From the IMG/VR virus record IMGVR_UViG_3300045988_100718: a stretch of DNA of 16,937 bases; one strand, written 5' to 3'. Below are positions 5,497 to 12,279 of this stretch, piece after piece. This stretch comes from a virus. How positions within the stretch are numbered: the first letter of the stretch is position 1; each line of letters opens with the position of its first letter. A program made the position numbers and the translations under genes. The notes beneath the pieces are model-generated. The model did not search any database. It saw only the letters and a list, made by a program, of their open reading frames with translations, and was not told the DNA's origin.

Positions 5497-6059
5497 ATGA
5501 TCGAGTTCTTTCTCGTGCCGATTACCTGAGTGATTGTCAAGACGTCTGTTCTGGTTCCCTGATTGCTGTTGCACACGTTCGCTTCGCCGGTAATCCATTT
5601 GTCGGCGGAAGGTGAATATGTGTTGATGGTTTTTCCGGTGATCTTGTAGCACCGGTTCTTCAAAAAGAAGGAAGAGGTTTCTTCGAAGTACGATGTGGTC
5701 AGGCTGATTGCCTTTCCGTTCGGGTTCACGACGTCCATGCTGCCGAAAACGTTGTCATTGCTTCGGAAACAAATCGTCAATCGCTCGAAGTTCGCCGCGC
5801 TTTCAGAGAGCGTGATGGCACCTGCGAAGGGTGTGTTGTCGTTGTCGTACAACACCACGGTGTTGCCCCTGATGGCGTCCAACTGTTTTTCGACGGCGGC
5901 CATGCGGGCGGTGAGCTTGTTTGGGTCGGTGCCGTCGTAGTCGAAGCCGGCCAATGCTTCGTCGATGCCTTCGGCCTGTTGCTTGATGATGTCAGGTAGC
6001 TCGCGCACTTGGTCGCTGTCACTGGGATAGGGAAGACGGTAACGCTTCGTTGTCTCCAT
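5493..6059 (-). CDS. Tail fibre / receptor-binding protein candidate (188 aa)
   Basis: The N-terminal YRLPYPSDSD..V..LPD.I resembles the conserved N-termini of actinophage minor tail and fibre proteins. It is the last tail gene. AAAGGA lies 6 nt upstream of the ATG. The C-terminal two-thirds has visibly lower GC. Confidence 0.55.
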   Translation of the reverse strand: METTKRYRLPYPSDSDQVRELPDIIKQQAEGIDEALAGFDYDGTDPNKLTARMAAVEKQLDAIRGNTVVLYDNDNTPFAGAITLSESAANFERLTICFRSNDNVFGSMDVVNPNGKAISLTTSYFEETSSFFLKNRCYKITGKTINTYSPSADKWITGEANVCNSNQGTRTDVLTITQVIGTRKNSII

Positions 6060-7569
6060 CGTTCGTCCTTTCTTTGCTCATTGCCATTGCCTTGCTTGCG
6101 GCCGCCGGTGGTGCCCCGGTCTTGGTGACATGCCGAAGCGCGCCCAGAATCCAGTCGGCCTCTTTGAACGTGGCCGTCGATGTGAGTTTCTTCATGTCGG
6201 CGCACGTCGGTTTGCCGGTTTTCAGGTTGCGTGCGGGCCAGACGCGCACGCGGTGCGTCCACCGGCTTTTCTTGCCGGCCACGTCGTAGGTGAGGGTGCC
6301 GCCGATCACGCACCACGCGCCGGTGGTGGCCGGCGCGCTGGCGTCGAACCGGCTGCCGGGGAACAGGTACACTTCGGGCCGGCAATACATGTGGCGCTGC
6401 TCCATCTTGTCGCCCCTGAACGTGAGTTCCGGCAAGCGAACACGGTTGTTGCTTTCAGCCAGAGCTGCCACGGCTCTTGACATGTCGATGCTTGCGGCGC
6501 TGCTGGCCGAATTGGTGGGGTATTCCGTCCAGTCGGCCTCGATGCTCAGACAGGTTTCGCCGTTGCGGGTCTGCGTGGCGATCTGGGCCACTCGGCTGCC
6601 ATCGTAGTTGAACTCATACATGGTGGCGGCCTGTTCCTGTTCGGCGGCGGTCGCGCCGGGATTCGTCAATCCTCGGTGCGCGTATTTCATTTCGACTTGG
6701 GTGTAATAGTCTGATGCGCTATCCAACGTGGGGTCGGCGTCGATGATGATACGTGACGCTGCCGGGGTTTGGTAGTCGTCGTTTATGGTGGTTGACCCGT
6801 CACCCAGCACGATGGTGGGGCCGGTAAGTATCACGTCGGTATTCCAGAAGGCACGTATATCGCGGAACTGTGGCACTTTTGCGGCGCTGGCGTCTTGATA
6901 GGACATGTAAAACATGCGGTCGACCTCGAAGCTGTATTTGCCGTCGATCCGTCTCGTTACCTTGCGTTCGCAGAAGTCCATGAAACTGTGCCGGTCGCTG
7001 GCCTTCGGCGGCGTCGAAAACGTGTTGTAGGTGATGTCGTAGGCGGGGATGCCGTCGAAGTTAAGCCATCGTCTCAGCGTGGCGTCCACGGTGCCCTGTA
7101 ACCACCATTGGAAGCCGCGCGCGGCCTGCGCGTCGGTGCCGTCGTTAGGCCCCTTGCGGCAGTCGGTGCGAAGGATGTAGATACGGTCTGAGGCGGTGAG
7201 CTTGATACGGTTTCGCCCGCCGTCGTGGTCGAGCATCTGCACGTCTGTCACGTATCCGTCGAACAGGGCGTAGCACAAGGGACTTTCGTTGTAGGTGCCC
7301 TGTAGCTCCCACGCCGGCCGGACGGTGAGCCGGTGGCCCATAAGACCGTTGGCGGACTTGGAATAACGGCCGCCCTGATCTATCAAGGTGATGTTCAGGA
7401 CGGCCGGGTTGGTTTCATCCCACGGCTTCTCCACGCCCCACTCGATTGTGAACGGTGACAAGGGCACAAGATCGTCGCTGCCGTCCTGTGCCTCGGGCAG
7501 TTGGCGGAGGTCAAGGAAGATGTGGCAGCCCTCCGGCAGTGGGTTGCTCCATTTGCTCACGCCCCTCAT
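6019..7569 (-). CDS. Minor tail protein (516 aa), distal-tail/tail-tip type by position
   Basis: It lies immediately downstream of the tape measure with an ATGA overlap (7566-7569). Size and position fit a Dit/Tal-like protein. I recognise no enzymatic motif. Confidence 0.6.
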   Translation of the reverse strand: MRGVSKWSNPLPEGCHIFLDLRQLPEAQDGSDDLVPLSPFTIEWGVEKPWDETNPAVLNITLIDQGGRYSKSANGLMGHRLTVRPAWELQGTYNESPLCYALFDGYVTDVQMLDHDGGRNRIKLTASDRIYILRTDCRKGPNDGTDAQAARGFQWWLQGTVDATLRRWLNFDGIPAYDITYNTFSTPPKASDRHSFMDFCERKVTRRIDGKYSFEVDRMFYMSYQDASAAKVPQFRDIRAFWNTDVILTGPTIVLGDGSTTINDDYQTPAASRIIIDADPTLDSASDYYTQVEMKYAHRGLTNPGATAAEQEQAATMYEFNYDGSRVAQIATQTRNGETCLSIEADWTEYPTNSASSAASIDMSRAVAALAESNNRVRLPELTFRGDKMEQRHMYCRPEVYLFPGSRFDASAPATTGAWCVIGGTLTYDVAGKKSRWTHRVRVWPARNLKTGKPTCADMKKLTSTATFKEADWILGALRHVTKTGAPPAAASKAMAMSKERTNDGDNEALPSSLSQ

Positions 7570-9125
7570 AACGTTAGCTCCCTTCCGCGCACCTTGGCCC
7601 AACGGTCAAGACTTGCCACGATCTCGCCGGCCACCTTGTCGTTGTCAAGGTTTCCGTGCGCGTCCACGCTTATGTTCACGGTCACGTTGGCCGTCCGTGC
7701 CGCTCCGGCCACGCCGGCCGGTGCCGTGGTGGCGAACAGGCTGGGGGCCGAAGCGCGGGCGCGCAACGGCGTTGCCGTGGCTGTGGCTGTGGGGTCGATG
7801 GTGCGCGAAGCCGAGTAGACGCTCATGGGCTGGGCCATATAGGACGCCGAAGCCGAAGCAACGGACTTCTTCGCGCCGAAGATGCCGGACACCCACCCGC
7901 TTACCTTGTTCCATGCGCCGCTAATCCAGTCGAACACGCCGCGCACCTTGTCGGCCAGCCACTCGAACTTGTTCGCTATCCAATTGATAGGGCCGGCGAA
8001 GGCGTTCTTGATGCCCTCGCCTATTCCACTGAAGAAACTGCCGATTGAAGACCATGCCGACTTGAGCCAAGAACACAGCGCGTCCCATTTCTCGCGTATC
8101 CAGTCGGCGGCAATGCCGGCGACTTTCTTCACGTTGTCCCAGTTCGTCACCAGCACGGCGATAACGGCCACGATGGCTAGAATCACGGCCACCACCGGCA
8201 GAAACGCCAAGTTAACGGCACCCTGTGCTGCGGCAACGATGGCGGCTACGACGCTGTACGCGGTCATGGCTGCGTTAAGCGTGACTATGACGGCGGCCAC
8301 GGCCGCGATCACGGCCACCAGCGGGCCAAGCCACGACGTGTTCGCCTGTATCCATGTGGCGAAGCCGGCGAGTTTCTCGGCCATCTGGGTGAGCAACGGC
8401 AACAGGGCTTCGCCCAACGCGGCCTTGGCGTTCTCGAAGGCGGCGTTCATGCGCTGTTGCTGGCCTTGCGCGGTGTCTGCCTCGCGCGCGAAGTTGCCCA
8501 CGGCCTTGCCGCTCTGGGCGGTGATGGCGGCAAGCGTGGCTTGCATTTTGGCGTTGCGGTCGCCCGACTTGTACAGGTCGCCCAATCCCATAGAAGCGGC
8601 CTGAGCCTGTAGTGTGGCGTCGTTCAGGCTGATGCCGTACTTCTCTATGGGGTCCATTTCGCCCTTGAGCGCCGAAGACAGCGCGTCCACGGCGTCGGCC
8701 GTGGTGCCGCCGAACATGCTGGACAGATCAGCGCCCAAGCCGATAAGTTCGTTTGTCTTGCTTGCCGACTGTTCCGCAGACATGCCGAAGTTCTGTAGCT
8801 GGCTGCCCACCAGCGTGGCGAACTCGTTGTATTCGTTCTGGCTTAGGCCCACGCTCTTGGCCGCGTTCTTGCTCCATGCCAGCATTTGCTTGCTGGAGTC
8901 ACCGAACACGGTTTCGACGCCGCCAACCGACTGTTGCAAGTCGCCGGCGGCCTTGGCACAGGTCGCGGCACCCGCGCCGATGGCCGCCAGCGCGGCACTT
9001 GCGGCCACGCTCGCCTTGCCCACTTTGTCCTTGAAGGACATGCTTGCGCGCTGGGCCTTGTCCATAGCGGCCACGGCGCTGGTGGCGTCACCGATAATGC
9101 TAATGGCGAGAATCGCGCTTTTCAT
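7566..9125 (-). CDS. Tape measure protein (519 aa)
   Basis: It follows the G/GT chaperone genes. It is Ala/Gly-rich and helical, with a long central hydrophobic block (WLGPLVAVIAAVAAVIVTL...ILAIVAVIAVLVTNW), as is typical of tape measure proteins. Confidence 0.85.
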   Translation of the reverse strand: MKSAILAISIIGDATSAVAAMDKAQRASMSFKDKVGKASVAASAALAAIGAGAATCAKAAGDLQQSVGGVETVFGDSSKQMLAWSKNAAKSVGLSQNEYNEFATLVGSQLQNFGMSAEQSASKTNELIGLGADLSSMFGGTTADAVDALSSALKGEMDPIEKYGISLNDATLQAQAASMGLGDLYKSGDRNAKMQATLAAITAQSGKAVGNFAREADTAQGQQQRMNAAFENAKAALGEALLPLLTQMAEKLAGFATWIQANTSWLGPLVAVIAAVAAVIVTLNAAMTAYSVVAAIVAAAQGAVNLAFLPVVAVILAIVAVIAVLVTNWDNVKKVAGIAADWIREKWDALCSWLKSAWSSIGSFFSGIGEGIKNAFAGPINWIANKFEWLADKVRGVFDWISGAWNKVSGWVSGIFGAKKSVASASASYMAQPMSVYSASRTIDPTATATATPLRARASAPSLFATTAPAGVAGAARTANVTVNISVDAHGNLDNDKVAGEIVASLDRWAKVRGRELTL

Positions 9126-9651
9126 CGTCTCGCCTCCTTTGCCTCTTGCTCGGCCTCTTCGGCGTCCTCGCGTTCCTTTTCCAACAGTTCCAAACAGGTG
9201 CCCCAGTCCTCCGGGCTAGGCTCGCTCTCGCGACGCCACGCCCACGGGGTGCCGCCGAAGCGGGCGGCAAGCACGCACGAATAGGCGTTCAGGCCGTCGG
9301 CGTCCCAGCGGGGAAAGGGCCGAAAGTCTCTTCCTCGCCGTCGCTCACGTTGGCGGCCACCGGGGTGTCGAACATGTCCACAGCGTTGTCGTTGTCGTTG
9401 GCTATGTCCTCGATGCTCACGACGGTTGCCAGCCACCGGTCGAATGGCAGATCAGTAAGTGAGGTCTGGCGGCAGCGCATATAGGCGCTATAGGCGTTGA
9501 ACTTGACGGCGGCCTCCATGAGGCTGCCCCAGCCGTGGGCCTTGCCGTAGGTTTCTGCGGCGGTGCGTTGGAACATGGTCACCATGATTTCGTCGGTGTG
9601 ACCGTCGGTGTAGCGAACGCGGGTGTTCGCCGGTATGGTGGTGTCGCTCAT
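9122..9651 (-). CDS. Tail assembly chaperone GT-like product made by a -1 programmed frameshift
   Basis: The zero frame reads ...GGC CCT TTC CCC.... The heptamer C CCT TTC gives ...TFGPF then PRWDADGLNAYSCVLAARF... in the -1 frame (track ORF 9122-9436). That frame ends in an ATGA overlap with the tape measure start. Confidence 0.7.
9289..9651 (-). CDS. Tail assembly chaperone (G-like, 120 aa)
   Basis: It lies between the tail tube region and the tape measure. AGGAG sits 9 nt upstream of the ATG. Its 3' end overlaps a -1 frame ORF. Confidence 0.75.
   Translation of the reverse strand: MSDTTIPANTRVRYTDGHTDEIMVTMFQRTAAETYGKAHGWGSLMEAAVKFNAYSAYMRCRQTSLTDLPFDRWLATVVSIEDIANDNDNAVDMFDTPVAANVSDGEEETFGPFPAGTPTA
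9313..9319 (-). promoter_or_regulatory. Slippery heptamer CCCTTTC (X XXY YYZ) for the G/GT frameshift
   Basis: Read directly from the sequence. The frame relation was checked: lowest codon coordinate is 1 mod 3 before the site and 2 mod 3 after it, which is -1 on the minus strand. Confidence 0.7.
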
Positions 9652-9655
9652 TTGC

Positions 9656-10063
9656 TTAATCTCCTGTGGTTATGCGGTTTATGATCTTTTCGACGGCCTG
9701 AGAGTAAAGGGCCGTCCATTCCGGTTCGGTGTCCTTCGCGGCCTTGTTGGCGAAATAGGTTGCCTTGATGTTGTGGCCGGGCCAGCCGTAGTTAATGACG
9801 CCGGCATATGGCACCTTGCCTTTGTTGCCGGCGCGCACCACGCCGGCTTTCTGGGTGGCTCCGGCGCGCACGGTGCGCGACAGTCTGCCGGATACGTGCG
9901 GGGCCGTTTTCTTGGCCTCGCCGGCGACTATTGAAGCGGCCTCGCGGTTCACGGCCTTGAGGTCTTTCAGATCGTCGCCGGCTTTCTTCAGGCTTCGCGC
10001 CAGCTGGCCCGCGCCCTTCAGTTGCAAGGAGCCGTTGCCGCCGGCCCCAATCGTCCCGGCCAA
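9656..10063 (-). CDS. HK97 gp10-family head-tail joining protein (135 aa)
   Basis: AKKTAPHVSGRLSRTVRAG...VPYAGVINYGWPGHNI fits the gp10-family pattern (aP..tG.Lr.si......Ya..vefG). The start is TTG 10063 or an internal TTG and is uncertain. Confidence 0.6.
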   Translation of the reverse strand: MAGTIGAGGNGSLQLKGAGQLARSLKKAGDDLKDLKAVNREAASIVAGEAKKTAPHVSGRLSRTVRAGATQKAGVVRAGNKGKVPYAGVINYGWPGHNIKATYFANKAAKDTEPEWTALYSQAVEKIINRITTGD

Positions 10064-10066
10064 ACG

Positions 10067-10486
10067 TCACATCCCGGACGGCGTGTAGGCGCTGGGCGTC
10101 ACGTCCGTTGCGGCAAAACTGAAATCGTTGGCGTTCTTGCTCTTCACGTCGCCGCCGATCTGGATGCTGGCAATCGTCACCTTGCCCTTCCACTGGACGG
10201 TGCCCGACTTGTTCGGAATGAACGTGAACGGCAGTTCATCGCCGCTGTGCTGGTTGCACCAGACCTGAAGGCCGTCCATGCTGAAGTCTTCCTTGACGCT
10301 GCCGGTCAGCGTCCAAGACTCGGTCTGGCTGCCGCCCTCGCTGTGCCCGTCAAGGAAGTTGTCCGGGTCTTCGGTGTCGGTGCTCGGCTCCAACGCGGTG
10401 TTGGTCACGTCCGCGCTAAAGTCCTGTTCGCTGCCGGTGTCTCCGATCTTGAGCGAGCCGGGGCCAAGTGTGCGTACCTTCGCCAT
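10067..10486 (-). CDS. Major tail (tube) protein candidate (139 aa)
   Basis: The call rests on small size, a strong RBS (GAAAGGA 7 nt upstream), position in the tail module, and a GPGSLKIGDTGSEQDFSADV N-terminus like small actinophage tube proteins. It is made mostly by elimination. Confidence 0.5.
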   Translation of the reverse strand: MAKVRTLGPGSLKIGDTGSEQDFSADVTNTALEPSTDTEDPDNFLDGHSEGGSQTESWTLTGSVKEDFSMDGLQVWCNQHSGDELPFTFIPNKSGTVQWKGKVTIASIQIGGDVKSKNANDFSFAATDVTPSAYTPSGM

Positions 10487-10502
10487 GATTGTTTCCTTTC
10501 GG

Positions 10503-10883
10503 TTAGTCTTCGGTTAGTTCCAAGGGGTTAAGGATCAGTTCGTAGGCCGCGAGGTTGCCCACGCCGGCCAGCGAATAGGTGACGGGCTTCGCGCTTCGCA
10601 TGTTCACCTTGCGCGCCCAGAGTCTTTCGACCACGGGTGTGATGATGTCCAACGCTTGCACCTGTGTGGCGGTGGTGCCGGCGATCACGTTCACAGTCCA
10701 GATGCGCTCTTGGAACTGGTAGCCCTCGAACGTGATCGTCGGCGGGTCGATCAGCATAACGGCCTTGCCGGGCAATGGCCGGGCCTCTTGAGCGTCGATG
10801 GTCACGGCGGCCACGAGGTCTCCGGCGGCGTCGGTGAGCAAGTCCATAAGGGCTTCGCGCTCCTCGCGCACGCTCACGGTCAT
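10503..10883 (-). CDS. Head-tail joining or tail terminator-like protein (126 aa)
   Basis: The start MTVSVREERE overlaps the upstream stop as ATGA (10880-10883). The 179-aa track ORF is an over-extension. The call is by position. Confidence 0.5.
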   Translation of the reverse strand: MTVSVREEREALMDLLTDAAGDLVAAVTIDAQEARPLPGKAVMLIDPPTITFEGYQFQERIWTVNVIAGTTATQVQALDIITPVVERLWARKVNMRSAKPVTYSLAGVGNLAAYELILNPLELTED

Positions 10884-11227
10884 GCGATCACCAGCCCGCC
10901 CGTGGGCACGCCGACCGCGTTCAGTTTCGGCCAGACCGATCTGAGCGGGTCGGTGCTGATGCGGTATGGTTCCACCGTGCCGTCGCCCACGTCCATCACG
11001 CCCAATCGGGCGTCGCGGGCGTTGTACAGGTCGGCGGCGCATGACGTGATGCAGTCGGCGCGCACGGTGTCCGCCACCGTGTGCCCGTCTATCGCGCTGT
11101 CCACGTAGCTGATGGCGCTGGTGATGGCGCGTTGCACTCGGTCGGCGTCGCCGGCCGGGACTCCGATTTCGTCACGCACCGACGCTTCGTATTTTTTCCA
11201 GTCCATCAAGGCTGTGACTCCTTTCAT
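10880..11227 (-). CDS. Head-tail connector/adaptor protein (gp6-like)
   Basis: It is the first gene after the head module. RVQRAITSAISYVDSAI is a connector-like pattern. The start may instead be TTG 11209 or ATG 11206, both downstream of an AAAGGAG. Confidence 0.55.
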   Translation of the reverse strand: MKGVTALMDWKKYEASVRDEIGVPAGDADRVQRAITSAISYVDSAIDGHTVADTVRADCITSCAADLYNARDARLGVMDVGDGTVEPYRISTDPLRSVWPKLNAVGVPTGGLVIA

Positions 11228-11263
11228 GATGGTTGCTATGGATGGTGCAGAGTGCGAGGGAGG

Positions 11264-12124
11264 TTAGTCGATTTTGTACAGGCGGGGAGTGACTGTCGCG
11301 TTGACTGGGCCGGTGGCAGCGGTCGTGAAGATGCGCGCGGCCCACGTCTCGGTGCTGGCGACTGTGAACGCTCCGGTCTGCTGGTTGCTGGCGTCGCCGG
11401 CCGGGTTGAGCATGGCGACGTTGATGCCCGTGCCGGTAATGTTGGGGACTAGGTAATAGTCGCCGGGGTGGAGGGTGATTGAGCTGGCCCACGCGGTCCA
11501 GCCGGTCGCCTTGCCGGTGGCGGTGTATGAGCCGTCCTCAGAGGCGGTGAGGGTCACGCCGTTTTTTGTCTCACCGTGGATGGCGGGCCACAGGTTCGCT
11601 AGCTCATAGCCCCCCCCCCCAAGGCTCGTGTTATCTGGTTTCATCCAATCGTGCGCGGTGTCGCCGGATTCCAACTGGACTCGGAGGTCGCCGTTCTTCT
11701 CGGTGGGTGTGGCCTCGGTGGCGAGGATTTCGAAGCGCAGGCTGACGGTGCCGGCTGGGACTGTCCCGGCATTACCCGTGTTAATCTGGGCACCCAGTTG
11801 ACCACCTTTGGCGTCAAGGCATTTGACGGAGACGGTCAGACCGTCGATACTGGTGGGCCTGCTCAATGTCACGGCACCATGTACCGGGCAGGGGAACGTC
11901 CATCGAATGCCCGCCCACTGGCTTGAGGCGGTGCCCTTGACGTGCAGCGAGCCGTCACTGTTAACGGTGGCGGTCAAACCGTTGCCCGACGCGGGGCCAT
12001 AAGACAACAGGTTACGGGAGAGCACTGTGACGGGCACGACGGTTTTTACCGCTGGATTGACGGTGCTGGATATCGTCACGTCGGTTTTTCCCGGTTGTTT
12101 CCCGGTGATGGTGATGGTGGTCAT
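11264..12124 (-). CDS. Ig-like (C-terminal half of a Big_2 domain) plus two tandem CBM-like/jelly-roll-like repeats. Candidate capsid decoration or adhesin protein
   Basis: TTITITGKQPGKTDVTISSTVNPAVKTVVPVTV fits the last strands of Big_2. Two internally similar blocks follow: NGLTATVNSDGSLHVKGTASSQWAGIRW...RVQLESGDTAHDWMKP and NGVTLTASEDGSYTATGKATGWTAWAS...TVTPRLYK. Confidence 0.6.
   Translation of the reverse strand: MTTITITGKQPGKTDVTISSTVNPAVKTVVPVTVLSRNLLSYGPASGNGLTATVNSDGSLHVKGTASSQWAGIRWTFPCPVHGAVTLSRPTSIDGLTVSVKCLDAKGGQLGAQINTGNAGTVPAGTVSLRFEILATEATPTEKNGDLRVQLESGDTAHDWMKPDNTSLGGGGYELANLWPAIHGETKNGVTLTASEDGSYTATGKATGWTAWASSITLHPGDYYLVPNITGTGINVAMLNPAGDASNQQTGAFTVASTETWAARIFTTAATGPVNATVTPRLYKID
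11610..11620 (-). repeat. G11 homopolymer (C11 on the plus strand) inside the Ig/CBM gene
   Basis: Counted directly. It encodes SLGGGGYE, between the two CBM-like repeats. Confidence 0.95.
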
Positions 12125-12279
12125 TGGATCACCTCGATGTCGATAAGGTCGGTGCCGGCAGTGGTGGCGGTCACGGTCTGTGGCGCTGTGTCTGGTGTGA
12201 TTGTGGTTTTGATTTTTGCGGTTCTGCCCGCGGTGACGGTTAGACTATCCGGTGTGGCGCTGAGTCCCGTGGGCGTCAT
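12121..12279 (-). CDS. 52-aa ORF encoding the N-terminal half of a Big_2 Ig-like domain, below the ORF-track cutoff
   Basis: Hand translation: MTPTGLSATPDSLTVTAGRTAKIKTTITPDTAPQTVTATTAGTDLIDIEVIQ. It has ATGA overlaps with the capsid stop (12276-12279) and with the next ORF start (12121-12124). Confidence 0.5.
   Translation of the reverse strand: MTPTGLSATPDSLTVTAGRTAKIKTTITPDTAPQTVTATTAGTDLIDIEVIQ

Noticed and set aside
5493-7602. A shufflon, invertible receptor-binding cassette or diversity-generating retroelement near the tail fibre.
   Set aside because: No reverse transcriptase, template/variable repeat pair, alternative fibre cassettes or flanking inverted repeats were visible. The only recombinase is the integrase next to attP.
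10884-11042. N-terminal extensions of track ORFs: 10503-11042 (179 aa), 5260-5652 (130 aa), 15053-16582 (509 aa), 6019-7602 (527 aa) and 77-850 (257 aa).
   Set aside because: The extensions are Arg-rich, low-complexity sequence that overlaps the upstream gene. Four of the five have an internal ATG in an ATGA overlap with the upstream stop. The fifth (77-850) has an internal ATG at 796, 4 nt after the upstream stop. These internal ATGs are the more plausible starts.
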